Shown: piece after piece, positions 1 through 10,177 of the stretch
Layout of the letters: every line of letters starts with the position of its first letter
Position numbering within the stretch: the stretch's first letter is position 1
NCBI GenBank assembly: GCA_000934665.2
Contig: KZ538459.1
Span: 49,684 to 69,683, forward strand
Reading direction: 5' to 3'
Length of the DNA stretch: 20,000 nucleotides
Source of the DNA: Catajapyx aquilonaris
Taxonomy: Eukaryota
Notes under the pieces: model-generated
Database searches by the model: none
What the model saw: the letters and a program-made list of their open reading frames with translations, nothing else
Told to the model about the DNA's origin: nothing
Program-made: the position numbers and the translations under genes

Positions 1-366
1 GCTTATTTTGATCAGTTAATTTGGAATGGCTATTCCTGGTGAATTTCAAAAATATTAGTTAATAATATTCGATTGCATGGACCCATCCTTTTTAATGCTG
101 CAATGATTCTGGCCTGAAAAAATGGGTTATATTAGGATGTTTGATGCCAATTGTTCAAATAGACCATTCCCAATCAGAAATTCATTGCAGTTCAGAGCTT
201 GAATATATGATTAAATTTGGTCTAATATTATCAGCTAATACTTTTGATCATCTCAAAATGTGCTCCAAAATAACTGCTCAAAACTACGCTGCCTAAAGCG
301 AAACAATTGCTAACTAAAACAGACACTTCTATTGGAAGACTATACATATGAGTGAGATTTAGTATT

Positions 367-870
367 ACGTTCCTTCAACATAATCCCTTCCCATGTATGC
401 AATTGTCTACCACTCGTTTGGAAGGTGCCGAACTCCATCAGCACAGCTATTCTTGTTGAGATGTGCAAGAGATTGCCTTATTGTTTTCAAGATAGCATTT
501 CTTGTGTAAAGTGGTTTCCTTGCAAGGGTGCTTTCAATTTTGCAAAATGCCATAATCTGCTATAGCAATATCATTCAGCATGATTCCTGAAGAACTAGTG
601 AATATTTCTGAGTAGTGATTTCTCTCTTTTTATCTATGCATGGTGCTCCGTCTTGCTGAACATGACTTTAGGGGGGTTCTGCCTGATGCCCAAATTCACA
701 GCCTCACATGCTTGTATACTCTAATTGTCTAATGCCATGAACTTGCGAAACAAGGCCTATCTGACTTGCCACACAATCTACCACTACCAGTACCAGACAC
801 AACTGCACCATCCAGTGTTCATACAATGTGAAGTTGTAGTGTTGCCACTATTTTATATCCAGCCCTTGCG
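367..870 (-). mobile_element. Internally deleted, decayed mariner-family DNA transposon
   Basis: Minus strand reads MFSKTEHHA*IK...LQESC from ATG at 663, resembling a mariner transposase N-terminus. It is joined almost directly to a C-terminus DYGI..KLKAPLQGNHF..IRQSLAHLNKNSCADGVRHLPNEW*TIAYMGRDYVEGT* ending at ~367. A TIR-like end (minus: AAGGGCTGGATATAAAATAGTGGCAAC) lies at ~841-867; the other TIR was not found. Confidence 0.75.
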
Positions 871-1224
871 TGATATTGTTACATTACTATTACACTGTTT
901 TATCATTGTGAGATGTTGGACATAGGAAGGACCCAAGGGTCTGAATATGGATGTATCAAAGCAATCATTCCAACATCTCATGTGCTTCTTACAATATTGT
1001 GACAACTGTAGTAGAAGCAGGATTTCCATGCTGAGGAAAAAATAGGATTTTACTTTATACTGACGTAGATGAGACTGTCTAGAATGTTGTAAAATAGTTT
1101 TTGGTCCAAAAATGTCCCTTCTAAATTAACACTTTGATATCATGACTTTCCAGAAGAAAATACAGTGAAACCTGTGTATTACAGAATCCCCAAAAATTTC
1201 CGTAATGGATAGGTTTCTGCTATA

Positions 1225-1752
1225 CAGGGTGTAAATGAATTCAGGGGACAAACTTGTAGGGGTAATAGAGGGGACCAATACAAGTATTTTTGACATAGGA
1301 ACCCATGTCCGGAAATGCCATCTAGAGGGGCTTCATAGACCAGGAACGGATGGGCTCAGACGCGTCAGGCGGGCGTCGTTAGCGAGCGGACCGTTTAGTT
1401 GCTAGGTGGCGCCTGGATTGTACACAACTTCTCAATTTGCCATAACCTGGCAACAACAGAGCCACCTAACAACTAAAGTCAGCATGCTAGGTAGCGCATA
1501 GATAATAAACAACAACTCTGTTGTTGCCAGGTTATGGCGAATTGCGAAGTTGTGTACAATCCGCGCGCCACCTAGCAACTAAACGGTCCGCTCGCTAAAG
1601 CCGCCCGCCTGACGCATCTGATCGCACCCGTTCCTTGTCTATGAACCCCCTCTAGATGGCGTTTCCAGACACGGGTTCCTATGTCAAAAATACTTGTATT
1701 GGTCCCCTCTATTACCCCTACAAGTTTGTCCCCTGAATTCATTTACACCCTG
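1225..1752. mobile_element. Tc1/mariner-type foldback MITE (CAGGGTG termini)
   Basis: Near-identical inverted arms of ~237 bp (1225-1461 / 1516-1752) around a 54-bp spacer. TA duplication at 1223-1224 and 1753-1754. Confidence 0.95.
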
Positions 1753-1909
1753 TATTCAGATCAAGGACATTACTGATATTATTTGCAGATGAGAAAGAGA
1801 GGAAAATGGGAGAGCAAAAGTAGGCACCTTACCTCAACATGGTGCAAAATCAGTCCATACAGTAGCATTTTTGTGAAAGTCTGCTTTGCCTGACGTAGTA
1901 CTGCACATC

Positions 1910-2170
1910 TAAAAAATGGCAGTTCCGTTAAAGTTGAAAATGTCCTACTTGGAATATCCTGAACAAACGCTTCCCACCTTCTCCTTCCAATTTTCTACTT
2001 TGAGATTCATGACACTTGCATCACCACACACTGTTTTTCATGAAATTCTGTGCCTGTTGCGGAAACTTTCCAACCACCCATTTGAAGCACTAAATTTTGT
2101 CACACCAAGTTTTTGGGCTATTAATTTTGCCTGCTCAATTGAACCATGGGCCCGGAAACGGGCAATACAT
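1910..2170 (-). pseudogene. Tigger/pogo transposase remnant (CENP-B-type HTH into start of DDE region)
   Basis: Minus-strand translation LPVSGPMVQ/EQAKLIAQKLGVTKFSASNGWLESFRNRHRIS*KTVCGD...NWKEKVGSVCSGYSK*DIFNFNGTAIF matches the pogo pattern F.ASNGWL..F..RH.I...GE...DIFN.DETGL. It contains stops and a frameshift. Confidence 0.85.
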
Positions 2171-2210
2171 TGAGCCTGTGTCAACCCCTTCCCCTTCCCC
2201 TACATTTTAA

Positions 2211-2337
2211 CCCTGTAATGCCCCTTGGGTCATATCTGGCACACCATTTAGTGCAATTTGGCACTTACAGGAAATATAAAAATTGTAAAAATTGCACTAA
2301 ATTGTGTGCCAGATATGACCCAAGGGGCATTACAGGG
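2211..2337. mobile_element. piggyBac-type MITE, 127 bp
   Basis: TTAA at 2207-2210 and 2338-2341, CCC...GGG termini, and a ~49-bp TIR (CCCTGTAATGCCCCTTGGGTCATATCTGGCACA...) with one mismatch. Confidence 0.92.
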
Positions 2338-2747
2338 TTAAAACTGAACTGAACAGTGAAATAAACTTGAAGGCCTATGAATCACGAGTCACAATCTTCT
2401 TGGCCCTCCCGCAAGCCGTCTCTCCGTTTTCCAACCAATAATAGTCCCCTTTTTATGACCAATACGCCTGTTTTAAAGGCCACGAGCTGGTACCAATTCC
2501 AGCAATTATGAGACACAGTATGATATCGGATGGTCCAGAAAGGGTTACTCAGAGGCCTCCTGGGAAGGCCGAGAGTGAATCCGGCTGTAGTTTATATTTT
2601 TGTGACTAGCAGGAGATAATGTGAACCTTCTTTATTTCCGTTATGAACAGAGATTTTCTCTGAAGGGAGCCAAAAATCCCTTCCATTTCCCCGTTGGGCA
2701 GGTTCTGTAATATCTGTCAAAAAACACATTGCGTGCCCTTTGCATAC

Positions 2748-2980
2748 GCCCGTTCCCAGAAAAAAGAATCTGCAATGGATAGATTTCCACTATACCCAGG
2801 GTCCGTAATGGACATGTTTCACTGTATACATTTTTCTTGAGTAAAGTTTCTCATATGGAGAGAGCCCGTTCCCAGAAAAAAGAATCTGCAATGGATAGGT
2901 TTCCACTATACCCAGGGTCCGTAATGGACATGTTTCACTGTATACATTTTTCTTGAGTAAAGTTTCTCATATGGAGAGAG
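2748..2980 (+). repeat. 116-bp tandem duplication spanning the right TIR of the Tigger-like element
   Basis: 2748-2863 and 2864-2979 are identical except for one A/G difference (GATAGATTTCC vs GATAGGTTTCC). Confidence 0.95.
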
Positions 2981-3145
2981 TTTATGTAGGTTCTCTTCAT
3001 GGTCGTATGGGTTTTCTCGGGACTCTTCTGTTTCCTACCACAATAAAAATCAATCAGCAAAGCAGCTGATGATGAGAGTCAGTCAATAAAAGAGGAGTCC
3101 TTAAAATGCCACAGGCCTATACTGGGTAACTTCTTCATCATCATT
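2960..3145 (+). mobile_element. Diverged 5'-truncated copy of SINE family A
   Basis: GAGAGTTT..GGTTCTC..TGGGTTTTCTCGGG..GTTTCCT..AAAATC..AGTCAGT.AATAAAAGA..AGGCCTA aligns by eye with the copy at 13465-13769. Short CAT-repeat tail. Confidence 0.7.
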
Positions 3146-3900
3146 TCCGAGTCACTTTTGAAGTTGTTGTTTTTGACCACTAATCTTGAGAACTCACTTG
3201 GTGATTGATGTTTAGGGAAACGCCCAAAACCACCAAAAGCCCTTCTAGAGTATTTTCAAGCATATGATCAAGTTAGTTTGTATTTGCAATCATTCAATCA
3301 TAACACAAAAGATCTCACATCTTCATTCAAGTGTTGTTTTGATGTTGAGAACCATGCCATTTATTTTGGAAGTTACCTGTAAGGTTTCTCAGCAACCAAT
3401 CAGAGGATTCCACCAATGGGTTACACCTTATTTTCTTAAAACAGGAATATTCATAATTGAGAAAGTGGTTCTATGAACTACTGTATATTTGAGTTGGCCT
3501 TGAAGAAGTTTCAAGCAATTAAGACCAGCACATACTTAGAAGAAACCCTGTGTTTGAATTTGGTAGCAGGTCAGGAGTTCATTGGCTGTTCAGGTTAATC
3601 AACCTGCATGACAACTTCATCATTGAGATACAATGTAGATACTAGGGTAGAGCCTCACTGGGATACGGAAATCAATTATTGTATTTATCCTCTTTCAGAA
3701 ATTGCCTCTATCACTTCAGAGTATTTGTTGGAACTTGCTGACATATTAATTTATGTGAAAATGTGTTCACATGTCATATCTCCCATTAGTGAATCACATC
3801 ATACATTTCATATTGTGTTCGGCATTTATTTTTGTCTAAATACATGCGGAATATTGTGGTAAGGTTTTTATTGATGGTAAATGCTTGGATGCTTTTATAG

Positions 3901-4424
3901 AGCTGGCAGTGGAGCAAGGTCAGGACTTGCGAAAGATAATATTCAAGGACCAGAGCTGGCTGGGGCTGAAGACACGCAGTCGTGATGCAACCCTGTCTCG
4001 TCACAAGGGCATTGCACTTCGTGAGCTCCAGCTGCAAACACGAGTGGGCAGCACACCAACTGGGGAGACCTGGAGGGGAAGGTGGCAAGGCAATGAAGTG
4101 GCTGCCAAGGCTTTGCGTGTTCGGGAATGCAGCTCCAGGGTTTCCAGAGACTTCCAAGAGGAATTCCCTAAGTTGCGGATCTTCTCACATGCCAATGTGC
4201 TGGGAGTGGTTGGATGCTGCAACAGCCCTCCAGACCTCATAGTGGTGTCCCAGTGGATGCCATTTGGTTCTCTCTATGACCTACTCCACCTGGGATCTTC
4301 CAGTCTTCTTGTTGATACAGCACAAGCTCTCAGATTTGCATTACATGTTGCCCGGGGGATGGCCTTTTTGCATTCACTGGAGAGAAATGTGCCACAATAT
4401 ATGCTTAACAGTCATCATGTTATG
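3901..4424 (+). CDS. ILK: Integrin-linked kinase, internal coding exon (PH-like linker and N-part of pseudokinase domain)
   Basis: ELAVEQGQDL..FKDQSWLGLKTRSRDATLSRHKGI...RDFQEEFPKLRIFSHANVL...LNSHHVM is typical of ILK. Acceptor TAG ends at 3900 (phase 1); donor GTACGT at 4425 (phase 0). Upstream ankyrin exons were not found in the window. Confidence 0.96.
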
Positions 4425-4678
4425 GTACGTAACTTGTAGCTTGCCTTAATAACAATGAAATTGGGTTCTGTCCATATATTGTTCCATTGTGCAACGTACA
4501 GTTGAGATCACTTCTGATTATTGTTCACATTTATCTCAAGGTAACTTAGATCCCTATTGATGAAATCATGTTTGTAACAAACCTGATATTGGCATTTGTT
4601 CATGTCAGCTGAGAATATATGTAGCTGGGATTAATTCTTTGCTCAAATCGTTTTGCTGTGTAGCAACATTACACTATA

Positions 4679-4770
4679 CAGGGTGTTTCTTACTAGTATG
4701 GCCAACTGCCACCAGCATATTCCTTGGGCCAAAACAAGTCGAAAATATAGGGGGTGGGGGGGGGGGGAGA

Positions 4771-4815
<45 letters not shown>

Positions 4816-5083
4816 GTCGGGGGACCAACTGTTAATGAGGTAGATGACCAGAAACCTTGGCTGGTGGTTTCCGAAGGAGCAGGATATGAGTGGTAATAAT
4901 CACTTCTGTGAAAGAGGTGACCTCACAAATGCCAACAGTCATGATTATCATGCTCATATCCTGATCCTTCAGCAACCAACAGCCAATGTTTCTGGTCATC
5001 TACCTTCTTAACAGTTGTTCCCCCGACATTTCTCCCCCCTACATTTTCGATTTGTTTTGGCCATATTAGTAAGAAACACTCTG
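4679..5083. mobile_element. Tc1/mariner-type foldback MITE (CAGGGTGTTTC termini) in ILK intron
   Basis: TA flanks; termini CAGGGTGTTTCTTACTAGTATGGCC / GGCCATATTAGTAAGAAACACTCTG. Long imperfect inverted arms (about 4810-4900 vs 4940-5035). Confidence 0.9.
4750..4812 (+). repeat. Poly-G plus (GA)n microsatellite
   Basis: A G-run followed by about 20 GA units, directly visible. Confidence 0.95.
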
Positions 5084-5359
5084 TATGCGATGTATTTCAT
5101 AATTTATAATGGCGCTTATATCCCTATCTGTTGAAATGTCACAGACTGTTCTATTTCAAGTTCATGTCTTGACTGCGCCAAATTTTAGTCAGTCAGTAGA
5201 ACCGAATGGGCCCCTTCCCTGCACAGACCCCCAGCAATTACCTCTCTCTCTCCTTTTCCTCCTATTCAGGGTGCCAATAGGACTTCAATGGGACATAATA
5301 ATTGGTAGTCCTTGGAGGTATTACGCAGATCTTTATTTAAACGCATCCATTACAATGTC

Positions 5360-5634
5360 CTTGTTCTGCTGCTGCGCCCTGGTCCGACGGGTGTAGGGGA
5401 GGAGGAGGTTCCCAAGGGAGGGCGCTCTTAAATAGGTTCTAGTCATTTCAGACCCTCTTAAATACAAGACCTTTTCTCCTGGCCCTGGGCAGAGAAGGGA
5501 GTACAATTCCTCCCAGAAATGTCGCGTGAAAAGCGGAAAAAGACCCAACCAAGCAGAGGTGATGGGGACAGGATTTGAACCCCGGACCTCCTGCTTGGCT
5601 GGACAGTAGCATAGCCACTAGACCACCATGCCCC
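5360..5634 (-). mobile_element. tRNA-derived SINE family B, near full length
   Basis: The minus-strand head GGGGCATGGTGGTCTAGTGG...GGGTTCAAATCC carries Pol III A and B boxes. The body (GGTTCCCAAGGG, CCTTTTCTCCTGGCCCTGGGCAG, GTGAAAAGCGGAAA on +) recurs at 11730 and 15202. Confidence 0.85.
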
Positions 5635-5705
5635 CATACTTATGGGACATATGCACATTTATGTAGGCTAAATTTGGAAAAACATGATATTTCCTCCAAT
5701 ATGTA

Positions 5706-5916
5706 CACCCGCGAGCATAAAGATGGAGACGGCAGGCCCTCACCTTCGGCAGGCTGCTCTGCCAATCTGAGCAATTACAGTATCAAATATACTGTCATAA
5801 ATACATGAACACAAGCCTGAAGCAGCTAACTCGGTCCAAAAATAGTTCATTAATTTGAGTCGGATAAAGAAAGGTCAAAAAAGGGCCTGCCTTCTCTATC
5901 TTTATGCTCGCGGGGG
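5706..5916. mobile_element. TA-flanked MITE with ~34-bp TIRs
   Basis: CACCCGCGAGCATAAAGATGGAGACGGCAGGCCC versus its inverted copy GGGCCTGCCTTCTCTATCTTTATGCTCGCGGGGG. TA on both sides. Confidence 0.88.
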
Positions 5917-6027
5917 TACTTATCCTCATGATGTTCACTCAGAAAAGGATGGGATAGCATTACACTGCAATTGACTCTTATGGTTACATGAACGAGTTTT
6001 GTTGCTAATAATTCATTATTGATGCAG

Positions 6028-6127
6028 GTTGATGAGGATCTTACTGCCAAGATCAACATGGCCGATGCAACATTCTCCTTTCAGAACAAGGGGAAGATGT
6101 GGCATCCCCAGTGGGTGGCACCTGAAG
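6028..6127 (+). CDS. ILK: ILK penultimate coding exon
   Basis: VDEDLTAKINMADATFSFQNKGKMWHPQWVAPE. CAG acceptor ends at 6027, donor GT at 6128. Phases (0/1) match both neighbouring exons. Confidence 0.96.
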
Positions 6128-7053
6128 GTATAGTGCTTTTTTATGTTCAAGTAGAATCCCAACAGAGGGTGGATATAAATAATTATTGTGAATTTGTAAC
6201 TACAGAAAGTTTTGTAGAAGTGTAGGCTACAGCTTTCTGCATAGCTGTAATGTTTACTGCATTATACAAAGATCATATTTAATTCTTCAGTTAACAAATG
6301 CACCAGAAAACATACAAAATATTTCTTGTCGCTCTGTGGCATTATAAACCCAGAGAGTTTATGGGTTAGGTTTTGGCTTAGCAACCTTGATTTGAATTGG
6401 AAGGCAGCTTTCCCATCCACCACTAACTTGTAAGTGGGCACTAGACTGAATCAAACACCATGCAACTGCAATGCCAGCTTCAACACTGGCATGCATTGCT
6501 CCATGAGGGTAGGGAGTTGCCAGACTTGTATTCTAAGACTGTGGATAAATCTGATACCAGACTGAGAGCTGGCTCCATCAAGAGTGCTTGAGGAATGAGT
6601 CGTGTTTGGGCCTGGGGTAAAAGGGCTACTTAAATGGTGCATTCTGCTCAGTAACTGTTCGTGAAACTGGTCCTGAATATCTGATGTGTTTAACAAAAAG
6701 GTTTTCTATGGGAAGAAGTGGCTTGTGTATCAGAAAATAAGAGAATTTAGGATTGTACGTAGTTTCCCAATCAGTACTGTTTTTCACATTGTTTGTGTCT
6801 GTCAAATTAAAATATCAAAGCAACACAGGCTTCAGATTGTGTTGTTTTTATCTTATCCTGGGAAACTTACCTGGGTCTGCTCTTTTCCCTGTAAAACAAA
6901 CACATTTGAATCACTAGTTGCAGCTTGATACCACAGATTCATTTTGTCGCAAATACTCGGATTTTCCAAGCAATCATTTTAACATCAAATCTTTCTTCAT
7001 CACAGCCAACCATGAAAAGTAGTTTACTTATTTCACTCAAGAAATGTATCTCA

Positions 7054-7273
7054 AGGCCGCTTCACAAACTCGGCGTTGCGAAAGCGGGGCGTGTGGGCCT
7101 TCCGCTCATCGCACGCAGAAAGTTCACCCCGTTGGACGCCAGCGCATCGCACACAGCATTTGTGAATAGCCCTTCGTTTTTCCGCCCTCCGCACGCCCCG
7201 CTCATGCAAATCCGAGTTTGTAAAACGGGCATTTCGCCCCGCTTTCACAACACCCGAGTTTGTGAAGCGGCCT
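7054..7273. mobile_element. GC-rich MITE, superfamily uncertain (PIF/Harbinger- or Kolobok-like)
   Basis: TIR AGGCCGCTTCACAAACTCGG, extending imperfectly to ~40 bp. Flanks TCA(A)/(T)TAA. A partial third TIR copy lies at ~7192-7225. Confidence 0.85.
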
Positions 7274-7456
7274 TAATTGATCGACAGTGATTATTTGAAT
7301 CTGAAACCCTGGCTATTACTCCAAGAAATACAGGGAGGTGACTGGTGTTGACTTTCCTTTACCATCTGGTTTCTTGTTCAAAAATGAAATAGGTTTCAAA
7401 TTCCACATCCATTTCATGTATCTTGTTACTAATAGATGGTAACATGCCTATTACAG

Positions 7457-7734
7457 CTCTTCAGAAGAAAACCAGTGACATCAATGCCAAAGCTGCAGAT
7501 ATGTGGAGCTTTGCAATTCTCTTGTGGGAGATGGCCACCCGTGATGTGCCTTTTGCTGACCTGACCCCAATGGAAGCAGGAATGAAAGTTGCACTGGAAG
7601 GTCTGAGGGTCACTGTGCCCCCTGGTCTGTCTCCACACTTAACCAAGCTGGTTCGCATCTGCATGAATGAGGATCCAGGACGTCGCCCTTCCTTTGACAT
7701 GCTTATGCCTATATTGGACAAGATGCAACGATAG
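7457..7734 (+). CDS. ILK: ILK terminal coding exon
   Basis: (A)[50 protein letters not shown]...[24 protein letters not shown]. Acceptor TACAG ends at 7456; stop TAG at 7732-7734. Confidence 0.96.
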
Positions 7735-7768
7735 TCATAGAACCCGGGTCAGTACATTGCAACATGTT

Positions 7769-7774
7769 TTTATT
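7769..7774 (-). terminator. Candidate TAF11 polyadenylation signal AATAAA
   Basis: TTTATT on +, 42 nt downstream of the TAF11 stop. Confidence 0.6.
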
Positions 7775-7816
7775 ATGAAGGAACACAAAATGACAGGGAA
7801 GTAACACTTATGCATT

Positions 7817-7950
7817 TTAAAGCCTGAAATGTGGCCTGGGAGGTTTGCTGTTTGGGACTGCACCCCTTGTCCGCAGGACCCGGATGGCTTCCCGGAGGTG
7901 CTTAGGCTGAAGTGGTCCACTCTCTCCGTTTCTCTCCATCACATCCAGGG
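7817..7950 (-). CDS. TAF11: TAF11 exon 4 (terminal), absent from the ORF track
   Basis: (A)LDVMERNGESGPLQPKHLREAIRVLRTRGAVPNSKPPRPHFRL*. TTTCCAG acceptor; stop TAA at 7819-7817. Matches the TAF11 PLQPKH.REA motif. Confidence 0.95.
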
Positions 7951-8155
7951 CTGGAAATAACATCACGTTAACAATCAGTGTAACCTGCTAACCTGTGATT
8001 AATGCTGCCTTACTTGCCCCTCTACTGTAAAATTTTAATGCTTCCAATTATGGAGAATCTCATATTGTTAGCCAGTGTTAGAGATGGCTCTAATTATTAT
8101 ATTGTGTATTATTTGTGCATTAAAAGATATCTTAAAACTAGTGAGCAATTCTTAC

Positions 8156-8252
8156 CATCTTCCACAATTTCTCCCACGAAGACTTTGGCGATTCCAGACA
8201 TAGCAATGACAACATTTTGGGACACGGAGCTGCCAGTGATGGTCTGCATAAT
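8156..8252 (-). CDS. TAF11: TAF11 exon 3, absent from the ORF track
   Basis: [32 protein letters not shown], the histone-fold core. CACAG acceptor, GTAAGA donor; 97 bp, phase 0/1. Confidence 0.96.
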
Positions 8253-8625
8253 CTGTGGAAGGAGATGGACATAATTATGGTTGGTTCAAAGTTACTTAAT
8301 TGTACGAGGATTTCATCAGATGACATTAACTTTGGTTGTAACTTATCCATGTTTGTTATGTCTGGAGCAGCCCCCTGCAACTCCAACCCTAGCCTTATGG
8401 TGACAGGAGCGCACTTACAGAGTCTCCGCCACCAAGGATTTGATGCTGCCAGCGCTCCATGGTCATCTTACGATTAGGGTGGCCGCCTTCTGAATCAACC
8501 CGAACCATCCTTTCCCCTGCAGCTGGGTCCGGAGCGCATTCGCAGACTCACCGGCCAGCCACCCGAATCGGAAGATGACCGTGGAGCACCGGCAGCACCA
8601 AATCCTGGGTGGCGGAGACTCTTAA

Positions 8626-9204
8626 CCCTTTGAGGCCTACGTGCATCATATGATGTCGTGAGCTTTTTTTGAATTTGGTGCGCTAGGATGTGCACAGAGA
8701 ATTCGAAGTTTGTGTTCCAAATGCAGTTCATTATGCTCCTGCCATCTCTTGGATGGTGACTCAACTACCATAGCATTCCTAGAATCCCCCCCTGCTTCCG
8801 CAAAGTTGAGTCGTATATGCCAAGGTTATTTTGTTCCCGCGTGATCGTTTAAGTAAACATGCGCCCTCAGTACAGGGTGTCCCATAAAGCCTGGACCCTT
8901 GGGAGTTTCTCATAGTACAATGTTGTAATATTATGTAACCATAATAATAATAATGTATAGTGACTGAGTAAACTTGTTAGGCCTATTGACATCCTGATAG
9001 ACAGACGATTCTAAAAAGATTATTTCTGGGACACCCTGTAGATGAAATTCTTCCACATTTTACATTCAAAAGAACCACTACGAATTAAAATGATTAATTT
9101 TGGCGCGAAGTTGTTATTCATTAATGTCACTCCTACATCAAATTTTGGACAAAAAAGAGCGAGAAAACGGCCCAAAAACCTGCCAAAACTCCGCCGACAA
9201 AGGG
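8626..9204. mobile_element. piggyBac-like non-autonomous element inside the hAT-like MITE
   Basis: TTAA|CCCTTTG ... CAAAGGG|TTAC. It splits the right arm of the host element at exactly this point. Confidence 0.72.
8873..9038. mobile_element. Tc1/mariner-type MITE, innermost element of the nest
   Basis: TA|CAGGGTGTCCCATAAA ... TTTCTGGGACACCCTG|TA, a 15/16 TIR match. Confidence 0.88.
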
Positions 9205-9429
9205 TTACGTGTGCTCCTGTATCATAAGAGTTGCAGGGGGCTGCTGTGGAGTTTACTGAGCTTTCACAGAGACCATTTTTGCTGGAATGCATTCCTAATT
9301 ACTGCAAATTGTGTATTTTTAAAGAAATATTTACGTGCATATTTTGATGTCTTATTTTGCAAAAAATAACTACGCTAGGCCCATTATAAACATGATCCGA
9401 CACACTGACTGTCCTTTTATCATGCATAC

Positions 9430-9993
9430 CCTTTTGATAGCAGCTTTGGGGAAAGCAGACCTCCTATACATCTCATATCGGTCAAGTTGGTCCTCAGTGA
9501 AGTTGGATACTAGCACTTGCATCTTCTCCCTTTCTTCTTCCACACCCCTCCTAGAACGAGTTGTCTCCTGTGACAGTCCTTCAAACTCAGATATTGAAGT
9601 AGATGGAGTTGATTGCGTTGACTGTGTTGATTGTGGCAAGGTTATGGATGGTGACTCAGGTAACGTTGACCTAGGTAGAATCAAGTCCCCCTCCCCACCA
9701 TATGAGGAGGAGGAGGACGTGGGGCTCTGAACCGGCTTACGTCCATCAGCACTGGCTGTACTGGCTGTTGTTGTTGTTGCCTGTGATGAAACAGCTGAGG
9801 TAGGGGTACACTGAGGTGAGGTGGCTATCGATGATGTTGACAGTGGGCTTTTGCGCTGGGGTGGTGTGAGCAGCTCTGCCAGAGGATCACTCAGCTGGGA
9901 AGAACTAGCTAGTTCATCCGAGTCCATATCACCTAAACTAGATGAGTCTGAATCTGAACCACTAATGGTTCGTGTCGGTTGTCTATAGCTTCC
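9430..9993 (-). CDS. TAF11: TAF11 exon 2 (S/T/P-rich region and start of histone fold)
   Basis: Ends [37 protein letters not shown], a TAF11 hallmark. TTTTCAG acceptor, GTATGC donor; 564 bp, phase 0/0. Confidence 0.92.
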
Positions 9994-10177
9994 CTGAAAA
10001 TGTGTTCCAAGACATGTCAGCAAAATGGTGACATATGAACATATCAAAATCCATGCTTGACAGTGACATGCAAAATTTTATCAGTAATCTAATTAGCTTA
10101 GTAAAAGTTGCTCTGGAGAATTTATCAGCATATTAGATGCTGACTTGATGGTTGGCTAAATATTCGAACATTGTTAC

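Larger units (their letters stand above)
1163..2824 (-). mobile_element. Decayed pogo/Tigger-type DNA transposon hosting two nested MITEs
   Basis: TIRs CAGTGAAACCTG (1163) and CATGTTTCACTG (ends 2824), each flanked by TA. A subterminal repeat AATGGATAGRTTTC..CTATAC occurs near both ends, and a transposase remnant lies inside. Confidence 0.8.
8368..9243. mobile_element. hAT-like foldback MITE interrupted by nested insertions (TAF11 intron 2)
   Basis: Termini CAGCCCCCTGCAACTC / GAGTTGCAGGGGGCTG. 8-bp flanks GTCTGGAG / CTGTGGAG match at 6/8. Inner arms 8419-8483 / 8558-8622; the right arm resumes at ~9209. Confidence 0.8.

Noticed and set aside
2385..2590. Weak inverted similarity (TGGCCCTCCC vs GGGAAGGCCG)
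   Set aside because: Too short and diverged, with no TIR or TSD definition.
1..3900. Possible upstream ILK ankyrin-repeat exons
   Set aside because: No ankyrin-like translation was found by eye; they probably lie before the window.
4639..4896. ORFs with ERERER / SLSLSL runs
   Set aside because: Translations of the (GA)n microsatellite.
4380..6127. ILK lacks the HRD and DFG catalytic motifs
   Set aside because: Expected: ILK is a known pseudokinase, and the frames and splice sites are intact, so this is not pseudogenisation.
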